NCBI GenBank assembly: GCA_037443035.1
Contig: JBBIPC010000004.1
Span: 1-64,000 of the forward strand
DNA length: 64,000 nucleotides
Direction: 5' to 3'
From: Chthonomonadales bacterium
GTDB lineage: Bacteria; Armatimonadota; Chthonomonadetes; Chthonomonadales; CAJBBX01
Each line of letters opens with the position of its first letter. Position 1 is the stretch's first letter. The notes beneath the pieces were generated by a model. That model searched no databases, was not told the DNA's origin, and saw only the letters and a program-made list of their open reading frames with translations. This document shows, in pieces, positions 18,149 through 27,827 of this stretch. A program made the translations under genes and the position numbers.

Positions 18149-19297
18149 GTGAAAGACGAGCTGGTCGAGGCACTGGTCCAGATCGCCCGCGAGAAAGATA
18201 TCGAACAGGAGGCGCTTGCGGCGATCATCGAGCACGCCCTTGTTACCGCATATCGGAAGACCTTTGTGGGTCAGTCGCCGGACATTCGAGTACAGGTGGA
18301 AAAGGATTTCCGCGAGGTTCACGTCTATCGTCGTTACACGGTCGTAGATGACGAGGTCATGGACGCCGATGAGATACTCTTAGACGACGCTCGACGCACA
18401 CACCCTGACTGTAAGCCGGGCGACACCATCGAAATCGAGCTTCAGGAACCCATGCTGGCGCGCATAGCTGCTCAGACAGCAAGGCAGGTACTGGTCCAGA
18501 AGCTCAAGGAGCTGGAGCGCGACCGCATCTACGAGGAGTACAAAGACCGCGTGGACGAGGTGCTCGCGGGCATCGTTGTCCGCCGTGAGTACGGGAACGT
18601 GCTGGTCAACATCGGCAAGACGGACGCGATCCTCCCACCTGCCGAGCAGATTCCTCGGGAGCCATATAGGCCCAACGACCGCCTGAAAGTTCTCATCCTC
18701 TCCGTCGACAGGGACAATCGCGGAGCTAGGATCATCGTCTCCCGCCGGCATCCTCATCTTATCCGCCGCCTCTTCGAGCTAGAGGTTCCGGAGATCGCCG
18801 ATGGCGTGGTAATAATCAAGAACGTAGCTCGCGAACCTGGTGCTCGATCCAAGATCGCCGTCGTTTCGCGCGATGAGCGCGTGGATCCGCTTGGGAGCTG
18901 CGTCGGCCACCGCGGGAGTCGCGTCCAGGCAGTTGTGAACGAGCTCCGCGACGAGAAGATAGATATCATCCGCTGGTCGCCGGATCCTGCCAAGTTCATC
19001 GAATCGGCACTGTCCCCGGCCAAGGTCTCCAGTGTGATCCTCAATCCGTACCCGACAGAGCGCTCTCACCAGAATCCCACTGCACTGGTGGTCGTACCCG
19101 ACTCGCAACTGTCGCTTGCCATAGGCAAGTCCGGTCAGAACGTGCGTCTGGCTGCGAGCCTCACAGGCTGGCATATAGACATCAGAGCCGAGTCTCAGAT
19201 GCCGCGGGGCCAAGCACCGTCATCTCAGCCGGACGCTTCGCCAGGCGATCCCGCTGGGGCCGACACCAGCCAGCCTACCCCTAGCGCCAGCCCGTAG
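18149..19297 (+). CDS. nusA: Transcription termination/antitermination factor NusA
   Basis: RIAAQTARQ, S1 domain, AREPGARSKIAV, LSLAIGKSGQNVRLA; AGGAGG RBS. Confidence 0.97.
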   Translation: MKDELVEALVQIAREKDIEQEALAAIIEHALVTAYRKTFVGQSPDIRVQVEKDFREVHVYRRYTVVDDEVMDADEILLDDARRTHPDCKPGDTIEIELQEPMLARIAAQTARQVLVQKLKELERDRIYEEYKDRVDEVLAGIVVRREYGNVLVNIGKTDAILPPAEQIPREPYRPNDRLKVLILSVDRDNRGARIIVSRRHPHLIRRLFELEVPEIADGVVIIKNVAREPGARSKIAVVSRDERVDPLGSCVGHRGSRVQAVVNELRDEKIDIIRWSPDPAKFIESALSPAKVSSVILNPYPTERSHQNPTALVVVPDSQLSLAIGKSGQNVRLAASLTGWHIDIRAESQMPRGQAPSSQPDASPGDPAGADTSQPTPSASP

Positions 19298-19328
19298 GTC
19301 CTGGACTTCGGATGGAGGATGGGCGCTG

Positions 19329-19622
19329 ATGACACGAGGACGTCATGTACCCATTCGCTCGTGCATCGGTTGCCGTAGCCAGGCGCCGAAACGTGCGCTC
19401 ATGCGTATCGTCAGGCAACCCGATGGTACGGTCCGCGTCGATCCGACAGGCAAAGCATCGGGTAGGGGGGCATATCTTTGCCTCAACGAGGACTGCATCC
19501 GTACGGCGCGAAAGCGACAGAGCCTCGAGAAGCAGTTCAAGGTATCTATACCCGACGCCGTCTACGAAGATCTCCTCGCTCGAGCGGCCGAAATCAGTCG
19601 CGACGAGAGCTCGACTGCCTAG
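19329..19622 (+). CDS. ylxR: YlxR (DUF448) RNA-binding protein
   Basis: HVPIRSCIGC, GKASGRGAYLC; follows nusA. Confidence 0.93.
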   Translation: MTRGRHVPIRSCIGCRSQAPKRALMRIVRQPDGTVRVDPTGKASGRGAYLCLNEDCIRTARKRQSLEKQFKVSIPDAVYEDLLARAAEISRDESSTA

Positions 19623-19633
19623 CTCCCACTCCT

Positions 19634-21349
19634 CTATGGTAGGGTGACCTCGGCCTCGATCGTACCGCCTCGCTCGCTGCGGACAACTGCCTTGATCACT
19701 TGGCCTGGTCTCGCGCGCGCGATGTACTCCACCTTGGCGCGCTCTTCCGTGGGATCAGCAACCCATCCGATGGCCGCCGGGCTCTTGTAGCAACGTCCCT
19801 CCAGATGCCCGATCTCCTGCCTGATCTTCCCAATCTCTAAGACAGCACCGTCCGGCAGCTCCAACTCCACCACCACGGGACGCGCGGCCTTCCGCTCCAG
19901 GGCTTTCTTCGAGCCATAGGTCGGCAGCCAGCCCTCGTTCTCTACAACGAGCAGGAGGCGGTAGGCGTCGTGCCCAAGCGACACCGCCGAGAACTCCCGC
20001 AACACGATGCGGGGCGAGACTAGCGCTTGCCAGAGAAGCCATCGCGGAAACCGAGCGACTTCTTGCTCCAGACGATCGGGAGGGGGGTTCCGCCAGCAGA
20101 ATCCGGAGTCCCAACCGCCGATTTCGACCTTGCCAAGTTGGGGATGATCGAACGGTCGCCACTCCACAAAGCCCTTTCCACCCAGCGACGAGTCATTCCA
20201 CGCGAGAAGTTTCAGATCGTCTTCGACACCATGCTCGCGGTACCAGTCAATGAAGCGGAAGCCGCCCTCGGTCTTATCGGGCCCGAACCCCATGATGCCC
20301 GCCTCGCGTTGCGGACACCAGATCTCCACCGTCCAACCATAGATGCCTAGATGGTCATAGAGCCAATCGTCGAAGACTCCGGTGATGACCTCCTTAGGGT
20401 GGTAGCGAAAGTCATGGTACACGCTGATTGCGGGGTAGCCTGTCAGCTCGCGCCCTTTCGCGCCGATCGTCTGGTAGGTCCAGAGGTCCTCCGCAGGAAA
20501 GCTCTCGTCGCTCTGGGTGCCGTACGGCCGGAGCAACACTCCGCTGTAGGTGTGGAACGACACCCCCGCCACGATGTTGCGATGGCTTGTGATGAACGCG
20601 ACTGTCGCTCGTATCTCCGGTTCGCTCGTCGGGAATGGGCCTGCGCCATGCTGCTCGCTTTCCGGGCGCCAATGCGCAGGGAAGTTCCGGTTCAAGTCCA
20701 GTCCTTCCTTGGTCGCCTGGATGGCAATAGTGTAGCCGTCGTAGTCCTCGATCACACCCTCCGGCAGCAACCGGTAATACGTACCGCCAGTCTCGGTCGG
20801 CTCTCGTCGAACCATGAGGCGAGGGTCTTGCTCGCTCACCTTCCACGTACCCATGGGATCGGGAATGCGCATGGAGAGAATCTTGCCGTCGCCGTCCACG
20901 TCCTCGCGCCGAAGGCCACCGATCGGTTCTTCATCGTAGGGGTAAGGACGCACACTGGAACGAAGTGCCTTTTGCTCTTCGGAGAGATACCGTTCTGGCC
21001 CGTCTGGGTTCAGCCGAGGAACGACGTAGAAGGCTCGGGTGTCCAGACAGCGCGTGATATCCGGATCCTTGCCGTACTCGGAGACGAGGGAATGGATCAG
21101 GTAGAGACAGGCGGTGCTGGCTGAGACCTCGGTCGCATGGATGTTGCCGTCCACGTATACGGCAGGCTTCCGATCGGCTGCCCCCGTCTCTTTGTTCGTG
21201 ACGGTTACGAGCCAGATGTCTCGCCCTTCATAGCTCTGCCCGATGCTTTCCAGAGACAGCAGGCCGGGATGGGCCGTCACCAGTGCCTCCAGCCGAACCG
21301 TTAGCTCTGAGTAGTTGTAATAACAGTCGAACCGTAGATCCCCGGCCAC
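19634..21349 (-). CDS. M14 zinc carboxypeptidase
   Basis: IHATE, NPDG, DLNRNFP, SEPE, SFHTY, TVEIW. Confidence 0.9.
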   Translation of the reverse strand: MAGDLRFDCYYNYSELTVRLEALVTAHPGLLSLESIGQSYEGRDIWLVTVTNKETGAADRKPAVYVDGNIHATEVSASTACLYLIHSLVSEYGKDPDITRCLDTRAFYVVPRLNPDGPERYLSEEQKALRSSVRPYPYDEEPIGGLRREDVDGDGKILSMRIPDPMGTWKVSEQDPRLMVRREPTETGGTYYRLLPEGVIEDYDGYTIAIQATKEGLDLNRNFPAHWRPESEQHGAGPFPTSEPEIRATVAFITSHRNIVAGVSFHTYSGVLLRPYGTQSDESFPAEDLWTYQTIGAKGRELTGYPAISVYHDFRYHPKEVITGVFDDWLYDHLGIYGWTVEIWCPQREAGIMGFGPDKTEGGFRFIDWYREHGVEDDLKLLAWNDSSLGGKGFVEWRPFDHPQLGKVEIGGWDSGFCWRNPPPDRLEQEVARFPRWLLWQALVSPRIVLREFSAVSLGHDAYRLLLVVENEGWLPTYGSKKALERKAARPVVVELELPDGAVLEIGKIRQEIGHLEGRCYKSPAAIGWVADPTEERAKVEYIARARPGQVIKAVVRSERGGTIEAEVTLP

Positions 21350-21382
21350 CTCTCTCTCCCTAACCTTCTTGGTATCGAGACG

Positions 21383-22375
21383 CTATGCTTGCGCACCTGA
21401 TTGCATCGCGAATAGGGACGATATGGACTCGTGCCGGTGCGCCCTGTAAATCGCCTCGCCGAACAAGCTCGCGACGCTCACGACCTGCAGCTTCGGACAC
21501 TGGTCTGCGAGCGGTTGGGGAACCGTGTCTGTTACGAAGACGCGGAGAACCTCCTCACGCTCGCAGACACGCTCCAGAGCGCTACCAACGAACACGCCGT
21601 GGGTGGCGACAATCGTAATCGCACGTTCACATCCCCGCGCGAGCAGCGCATCGCAAGCCCGGAGCACGCTAGCCCCGGTGGTGATCATATCCTCCACGAT
21701 AACGGGCTTCACACCCCGCACATCACCAGCCACCTGCGGCACACCCAGACCAGTTGTGTTATCATGACCGTATACAACCGCCAGCGGTGCCGATAGAGCA
21801 ACAGCGTACCTCCGTGCGAGTTTCACGCCTCCTTCATCAGGCGAGACGACCACCATGTTGCTCGACCGAGACTCTTGCAACGCCGCCGCCAACACGTTCG
21901 CAGCGGTTAGGTGATCCACCGGCACATCGAAGAAGCCCTGGATGGCCCCCGCGTGAAGATCCATCGCCATGACGCGATTGGCGCCGGCGCGCTCCAGCAG
22001 ATCCGCGACCAAGCGTGCCGTTATCGGCTCGCGAGGCAGGTCCTTCTTCTCCTGGCGCGCATAGCCGAAGTAGGGTACGACTGCGGTGATATGGGACGCT
22101 GATGCACGCCGCAGAGCGTCAATGCAGATCAGCAGCTCGATGAGGTTGTCGTTGACCGGGTGGCACGTCGGCTGAATGATGTACGCGTCCGTCCCACGGA
22201 CGCTGCCATCACACGAGAGGTGGATTTCACCATCAGCGAAGTGCCGAATGCGTAGAGGTGATAGCTCGCAATCGAGCCACTTCGCGATCGCGTGGCCGAG
22301 TGCCAGATGTGCCGTACCGCAGAAAACGCGGAGAGGACGATCCTCGGCCTCCGCTGGGATGGCCGTCTCGTTCAC
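21383..22375 (-). CDS. prs: Ribose-phosphate pyrophosphokinase family protein (divergent)
   Basis: FADGE, PYFGYARQEKK, DLHAGAIQGFF, VSPDEGG; but KRR replaced by YGHD and DDMIDT by EDMITT. Confidence 0.85.
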   Translation of the reverse strand: MNETAIPAEAEDRPLRVFCGTAHLALGHAIAKWLDCELSPLRIRHFADGEIHLSCDGSVRGTDAYIIQPTCHPVNDNLIELLICIDALRRASASHITAVVPYFGYARQEKKDLPREPITARLVADLLERAGANRVMAMDLHAGAIQGFFDVPVDHLTAANVLAAALQESRSSNMVVVSPDEGGVKLARRYAVALSAPLAVVYGHDNTTGLGVPQVAGDVRGVKPVIVEDMITTGASVLRACDALLARGCERAITIVATHGVFVGSALERVCEREEVLRVFVTDTVPQPLADQCPKLQVVSVASLFGEAIYRAHRHESISSLFAMQSGAQA

Positions 22376-22385
22376 CCAGCCGATC

Positions 22386-22940
22386 CTAGAATCGGACTCC
22401 GACGGCTACCTTGATACCATCCGCGCGGAGGGCGTTTCCCTCGTCATCGTAGAAGGCGCTCACCCAGTCGTACGAGGCTTCGATGAACAGCTTCGGGCCT
22501 AGCTCGATTCCGGCGATGAACTGAGCGCCCGGCTTCACAACTGCGCCGCTGTACCGACTGTTCATGAAGTAGGAACCCACTCCCAGGCCACCGTATAGCC
22601 GCGCTGTCTCGGATGCGGTAGAAATGGGCCATGTCACCTTGGCTAGGACAGGTATCGTAAAGACCGTACGGCCTTCAGTGGCGCGAAAATCGAAGTCCAC
22701 GCCAAAGCGGATCGTACCGTTGTCTGGTCGGTAACGAAAACCTGGGTCGAGATCGATTCCAGCGTACCACCACTCGCCGGTTGCCTGGTCACGCATAGTG
22801 CCCTGGCCAGGGAAGAATGCACCGCACTTGAGCGATACCTGCCACCGACCTGGCTCGTTCTGCGCCGGCGCCCTCAAAGGCGCCGACGCCAGCACCGTTG
22901 CTGCAACACTCATGGTGAGAATACGAAACAGCGTTCTCAT
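22386..22940 (-). CDS. Small outer-membrane beta-barrel protein
   Basis: Signal peptide from ATG 22940, alternating beta pattern, LYGGLGVG, C-terminal VAVGVRF. Confidence 0.75.
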   Translation of the reverse strand: MRTLFRILTMSVAATVLASAPLRAPAQNEPGRWQVSLKCGAFFPGQGTMRDQATGEWWYAGIDLDPGFRYRPDNGTIRFGVDFDFRATEGRTVFTIPVLAKVTWPISTASETARLYGGLGVGSYFMNSRYSGAVVKPGAQFIAGIELGPKLFIEASYDWVSAFYDDEGNALRADGIKVAVGVRF

Positions 22941-22997
22941 GCTTTCGGTTCCCCTTCTCGTATGTGACCGGCTGCGAGCCAGTGGATTACCAATCTC

Positions 22998-23048
22998 AGT
23001 ATAGCCCTCACCTCTAGCGTTGTCAACACGGAAACGCTCTGCTACAAT
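22998..23048. promoter_or_regulatory. Divergent sigma70 promoters with overlapping -35 elements
   Basis: Minus strand: TTGACA (23026-23021)-17-TATACT (23003-22998). Plus strand: TTGTCA (23020-23025)-17-TACAAT (23043-23048) with extended TG. Confidence 0.7.
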
Positions 23049-23081
23049 GAGAGGACTTCCCGCTTCCGAGGAGGGGACGCA

Positions 23082-24593
23082 GTGACAGCTACGGATCAGG
23101 CCATCGTACCAGTACTGGAGATGCGGGGTATCTCCAAGACCTACCCGGGTGTCAGAGCACTGGACACCGTGAGTCTCGAGGTCCGCAAGGGCGAAGTACA
23201 CGCGCTCGTAGGCGAGAACGGCGCTGGCAAGTCCACGCTGATGAAGATACTAGCAGGCGCACAGCTCGGCGACTCCGGGGAGATCCGCATCAATGGCCGC
23301 ACCGTCGAGATCGACAGCCCGCAGAAGGCTATGGACCTCGGGATCTCCATCATCTACCAAGAGTTCAACCTTGTCCCCTACCTCAACGCGGCGGAGAACA
23401 TCTTTCTCGGCAGGGAACCTCGCGCTCGCATACCGGGTTTCGTGGACTTCCGGACGATGTATGACGAAGCGCAGCGTGTCATTGACCGCCTGGGCGTTGC
23501 ACTCGATATTCGCGTACCAGTGAACCGCCTCTCCATCGCCCAGCAGCAGATGGTGGAAATAGCCAAGGCAACATCCCGTCAGAGCATGATCATTGTGATG
23601 GACGAGCCGTCGGCGACACTCACAGAGCACGAACTCGAGAGCCTGTTCTCTCTTATTCGGCAGCTCAAGGCACAGGGTGTGTCCATCGTGTACATATCCC
23701 ATCGACTCGAGGAGGTTTTCGAGATCGCAGACAGGGTCACTGTGCTACGGGACGGCAAGCACATCGCCACGCGCGACGTCAGCGACTTGACGCGCGAAGA
23801 AATCATCCGATACATGGTGGGCCGCGAGCTGACACAGATGATGCCAAAAGTCCCGGCGCCGCTAGGCGATGTCGTTCTGGAGGTGCGGAACTTGCGGCGG
23901 AAGGACAAGCTACACGACATCAGCTTCGCAGTTCGCCGCGGTGAGGTCCTGGGACTGGCCGGGCTGGTCGGCGCTGGTCGCACGGAGCTGGCGCGTGCGA
24001 TCTTCGGTGCTGATCCAATTGACGGCGGTGAGATCCTCCTAGAGGGCAAGCCGGTCAAGGTTCGCTCTCCCCAGGACGCCATCCGCCTAGGGATTGGCCT
24101 GGTTACCGAAGACCGCAAGAACCAGGGTCTGGTCCTTGGTATGATGGTACGGGAGAATATCACGCTGGCCAATCTCAGCGCCTTGTCGCGCCTGAACTTC
24201 CTCATGCTCGCCCGAGAACGGGAGGTGGCGCAGAAATACGTCGCAGATCTGAGCATCCGACCGCCATCCATCGAGCGAGCAGTCCAGAATCTGTCGGGTG
24301 GCAACCAGCAGAAGGTCGTTCTGGCGAAGTGGCTCTTCACCCAATCCAAAGTGCTCATCTTCGACGAGCCGACTCGAGGCATTGACGTAGGAGCCAAGGC
24401 GGAGATCTATCAGTTGATGAACGAGCTGGCAGCGAATGGCGTGGCAATCATCATGATCTCCTCGGAACTGCCCGAGGTCATCGGCATGAGCGACCGCATC
24501 CTCGTCATGCACGAAGGACGCATAGCAGGAGCACTCTCTGCCTCCGAGGCCACTCAGGAGCGCGTTATGCACCTCGCCACGGGGGGTCGCTAG
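23082..24593 (+). CDS. Sugar ABC transporter ATP-binding protein (RbsA/MglA type, two NBDs)
   Basis: GENGAGKSTLMK, MDEPS, ISHRL, LSGGNQQKV, FDEPTRGIDVGAK. Confidence 0.95.
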   Translation: MTATDQAIVPVLEMRGISKTYPGVRALDTVSLEVRKGEVHALVGENGAGKSTLMKILAGAQLGDSGEIRINGRTVEIDSPQKAMDLGISIIYQEFNLVPYLNAAENIFLGREPRARIPGFVDFRTMYDEAQRVIDRLGVALDIRVPVNRLSIAQQQMVEIAKATSRQSMIIVMDEPSATLTEHELESLFSLIRQLKAQGVSIVYISHRLEEVFEIADRVTVLRDGKHIATRDVSDLTREEIIRYMVGRELTQMMPKVPAPLGDVVLEVRNLRRKDKLHDISFAVRRGEVLGLAGLVGAGRTELARAIFGADPIDGGEILLEGKPVKVRSPQDAIRLGIGLVTEDRKNQGLVLGMMVRENITLANLSALSRLNFLMLAREREVAQKYVADLSIRPPSIERAVQNLSGGNQQKVVLAKWLFTQSKVLIFDEPTRGIDVGAKAEIYQLMNELAANGVAIIMISSELPEVIGMSDRILVMHEGRIAGALSASEATQERVMHLATGGR

Positions 24594-24675
24594 GTCGCAC
24601 GACGGCACACCACTCTGCCAGCAGCTCCGAGAGTGCTGGATCGTGTCTACGGTCCTTTTTCGCTAGGTGCTGAGC

Positions 24676-24897
24676 CTAGAACGGTGTCTGAGTATCGAAG
24701 GCCGACTCGCCGGCGAGGATCTCGGACTCTGCTGTCTCTTGGGACAGGTCCGGCATCTTGAAGAATGCCCTTGCTGTGTTGCTATCGAGCAGGCACACCG
24801 CGACGAGCTCCCAGCCCTTTTCGCCTTCGGCGTTGAGCTTCGATTCGGCGATGGAGAGGTCGCGCAAGACCATCGTTCGGTACTTCCACTTTCGCAT
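24676..24897 (-). CDS. Small DUF4177-like protein
   Basis: KWKYR..LNAEGEKGWELVAV..FFK pattern; GGAGG RBS. Confidence 0.7.
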   Translation of the reverse strand: MRKWKYRTMVLRDLSIAESKLNAEGEKGWELVAVCLLDSNTARAFFKMPDLSQETAESEILAGESAFDTQTPF

Positions 24898-24960
24898 TCA
24901 CCAATCCTCCACTGCGTCTTCGTCCACAAGAACGACGCGCATGTTAGGTAGTAGGTGCCC

Positions 24961-26205
24961 TTATTCCAGGATTCGGCTCGATCGTGCCCATTCCTCCAAA
25001 GCGTGTCTGGCCAATGCGTAGGCCGTAATGGCCGCATCGGTCACTGTCTGCTGCTTCGTCCGGATTGGTCGTCGCCCGTACGGAGTCTGCATTGTTGTGT
25101 TCGCGATGGCCTGCTTCGTGCATTGCCATGCGACCCTCCCGGTCGCAACCTGTAGCAGCGCGAATCGCGCGATTACTTCGCCGGCCTCTCCGGCTTCTTC
25201 TCCCGTTAGCTCGTCCAGCGCCGGCCCGATGGCAACGGCCTCCATGCGGCTTAGCAGGACCCAGTCGGCACCAATGTGGCGACCCAGTCTCGCTGCCGCT
25301 GTAGCTACTGGTGCGCCGTCTAGCCAGAAGTCCGTCGGTGCCAGTCCAAGTTCCCGCATGCCGGCGATCACGGATGCGACGGGAACCACCTCTGCGAGGG
25401 GCCCCACCTCGGGCTGGAACAGCACATCGGCTTGGCGCTCGAGCTGCGGAATCGGCAGCCGGTTCACGACTTCGCCCGTCGCAGATCGTACATCGGCCGC
25501 GGCAGGTACGGCGGCCGGAATGACAGCGATGCGGGCATCCACCGCGAAAGGTGCCCGCCCGCCGCGATCCAGTGCATCGTACAGGTTCCGCGCAGCGCTC
25601 AGAGCTGCGTCCCTGACCAGGTTATCATCCGTTCGCATGAACCCGGGCGCGAACACTTTCGGCGCAGTTCGCGCGGCTCCGAGAGCGTAAAGACGGTACG
25701 TATGCGTAGGTTCCCTCAAGGAAACCAGATCGGCTCGCAGTCGAATCCATAGCTCCCGGTACAGGCCAGTGCGAACTCCCGCTTTGTCTAAGAGGACGAA
25801 CAGCGCAGCATCCCCATCAGCGGTGCCGGCCGCCTCGACTAGCTCCTCCACGCGTGGTTCGTGTATCCCGCTGAAAGGCCGCGGCTCAACGCCGGTCCTA
25901 GGACGATCTATGCCCAAGAGAACCACGCCAGATGCCTCTAGCCTCTTGCTCAGCTCCTCTTCGGCAATCTGCAATCCTGTGCGAAGCACGGGGGCCAGAT
26001 CGTCGGCCGTTCTTCGCATGTTCTTGGCTACACGCTGGTTTCCTGCCGTGTCGACCGCGGCCGCGAACGGCAGGACGACCAAACGACGTACATAAGCGAG
26101 GGGTGACGCGGGCCGCGAGGCGCTCTGCTGAGCGACACAAGGGCTGCTACCTACCACCATTGACACAGCGAGAGCGAGCCACGTATACTGGCAACCGGGA
26201 CCCAT
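24961..26205 (-). CDS. Exported hypothetical protein with two CsgG/TolB_N-like alpha/beta repeats
   Basis: Signal-like N-terminus from ATG 26205; RLVVLPF / RIAVIPA, GDAALFV / GADWVLL, QVATGRVAW; the track's upstream extension is antisense to wzm. Confidence 0.6.
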   Translation of the reverse strand: MGPGCQYTWLALAVSMVVGSSPCVAQQSASRPASPLAYVRRLVVLPFAAAVDTAGNQRVAKNMRRTADDLAPVLRTGLQIAEEELSKRLEASGVVLLGIDRPRTGVEPRPFSGIHEPRVEELVEAAGTADGDAALFVLLDKAGVRTGLYRELWIRLRADLVSLREPTHTYRLYALGAARTAPKVFAPGFMRTDDNLVRDAALSAARNLYDALDRGGRAPFAVDARIAVIPAAVPAAADVRSATGEVVNRLPIPQLERQADVLFQPEVGPLAEVVPVASVIAGMRELGLAPTDFWLDGAPVATAAARLGRHIGADWVLLSRMEAVAIGPALDELTGEEAGEAGEVIARFALLQVATGRVAWQCTKQAIANTTMQTPYGRRPIRTKQQTVTDAAITAYALARHALEEWARSSRILE

Positions 26206-26223
26206 GACGGAGTTCAGCGACCC

Positions 26224-27069
26224 TTGATACAGGACGTTCGGGAGCTTTGGCGCTTTCGCGAGCTTCTGTGGCAGCTTGTTCGGCGCGATCTCAAGGTTCG
26301 GTACAAGAACTCCAAGCTCGGTTTCTTCTGGTCCATCGCACCTCCGCTGATGCAGGTCGCTTGCATCACATTCGTGTTCAAGTACGCAGGCTTCGCCGCG
26401 CATTTCAGGAGTTACTCCGCATACGTGCTTGTCGCGATCATCCCTTGGACGTTCTTCCAGACAGCCATCCTGGATGCCAGCCAGTCCATCCTCCTCATGT
26501 ACGGCGTTATCAAGAAGGTCTATCTCCCACGGGAGGTGGTACCGCTCTCTTCCACCATCGCCAACTTCATCCATTTTCTCCTGTCGTGGGGTGTGTTCTT
26601 CGCGTATCTCCTGCTCTATGTGAGGGCACCCATCCTGCCCACGATTGTCTGGTTCCCCTACCTCATAGTAGTCCAGCTTGTGCTCGTTACGGGTCTGTCT
26701 CTTCTGGTAGCGTGCTTGAACGTTTTCTATGAAGACGTCAAGTACATCACATCGGTGCTGCTCAATCTCCTCTTCTTTCTCCTGCCTGTCATGTATGTCG
26801 TGGAGCAAGTCTACTACTCTCCCATGTTCGCCGAACCGGGGAGAGGATGGTTGCGTGCCCTCTACATGGTCAACCCCATGGCGTCGCTCATCAACGGCTA
26901 CCGTAAGTGCCTCCTCGAGCCCCCTCACCCTTCGGCCATCGGAGGTCACCAGTCCCTGCCATTGGATCCCGGGAACCTACTCCTGACGGGAGCGATCTCC
27001 GTAGCAATACTTGTCGGTTGCTATGCTTACTTCAATAGCCGCAAGTGGCAGTTCGTGGAGCGGCCGTAG
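26224..27069 (+). CDS. Polysaccharide ABC-2 exporter permease (Wzm/TagG-like)
   Basis: RDLKVRYKNSKLGFFWS, KKVYLPRE, NPM; TTGACA-18-TATACT at 26160-26189. Confidence 0.92.
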   Translation: MIQDVRELWRFRELLWQLVRRDLKVRYKNSKLGFFWSIAPPLMQVACITFVFKYAGFAAHFRSYSAYVLVAIIPWTFFQTAILDASQSILLMYGVIKKVYLPREVVPLSSTIANFIHFLLSWGVFFAYLLLYVRAPILPTIVWFPYLIVVQLVLVTGLSLLVACLNVFYEDVKYITSVLLNLLFFLLPVMYVVEQVYYSPMFAEPGRGWLRALYMVNPMASLINGYRKCLLEPPHPSAIGGHQSLPLDPGNLLLTGAISVAILVGCYAYFNSRKWQFVERP

Positions 27070-27071
27070 CC

Positions 27072-27827
27072 ATGCACACAGACGCCGCGGTCACCTGCGA
27101 GGACCTCCGGAAGTCGTTCGTCGTGCATCACCATGTCTACGGGTCCCTCAAAGTGGCTGCGGTGAATGCCCTACGCAGGCGGCCGCGTGAGGTCATCGAG
27201 GTGCTAAAGGGTATCAGCCTGAGCATCCCGTGCGGACAGACAGTCGCAATCATCGGTCGAAACGGCTCGGGCAAGTCCACCTTCCTCTCGTTGGTCGCCC
27301 GCGTCTACAGACCGTCCAGCGGCTCCATCGTGGTGAACGGTCGCGTGGCGCCACTGCTGGAGCTCGGAGCAGGCTTCCATCCCGATCTTACAGGCCTCGA
27401 GAACATCGAGCTGTACGGCTCTATCCTGGGCATGTCGCGCAGAGAGATACGAGAGCGCATGGACGCCATCGTCGCCTTCGCCTTCGACACGCCCGATCTT
27501 GCAGCGAAAGTGGATACTCCCTTGCGCAACTACTCCGAAGGCATGAAGATGCGTCTCGGATTCTCCATCGCTGTACACACCGAACCTGATATCCTCCTTG
27601 TGGACGAGGTACTGGCAGTGGGAGACGAAGCATTCCAAGCCAAGTGCTTCCGGCGTATCGAGGAGGTCCAGCGTCAGAAGCGCACCATCATCTTTGTCAG
27701 CCATGACATGAACGTCGTCCAGCGAGCAGCTTCGCGAACCATCTGGCTCGACAGCGGCATCATCCGCATGGATGGCGCAACCGACGAGGTTGTGCGTTCT
27801 TACTTAGCCTTCAGCGGCCAAGCGTAG
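27072..27827 (+). CDS. Polysaccharide ABC exporter ATPase (Wzt/TagH-like, no C-terminal binding domain)
   Basis: GRNGSGKST, GAGFHPDLTG, YSEGMKMRLGF, DEVLAVGD. Confidence 0.93.
   Translation: MHTDAAVTCEDLRKSFVVHHHVYGSLKVAAVNALRRRPREVIEVLKGISLSIPCGQTVAIIGRNGSGKSTFLSLVARVYRPSSGSIVVNGRVAPLLELGAGFHPDLTGLENIELYGSILGMSRREIRERMDAIVAFAFDTPDLAAKVDTPLRNYSEGMKMRLGFSIAVHTEPDILLVDEVLAVGDEAFQAKCFRRIEEVQRQKRTIIFVSHDMNVVQRAASRTIWLDSGIIRMDGATDEVVRSYLAFSGQA

Noticed and set aside
26206..26949. N-terminal 248 aa of the 662-aa minus-strand ORF
   Set aside because: Antisense shadow of wzm; a signal-like start exists at 26205
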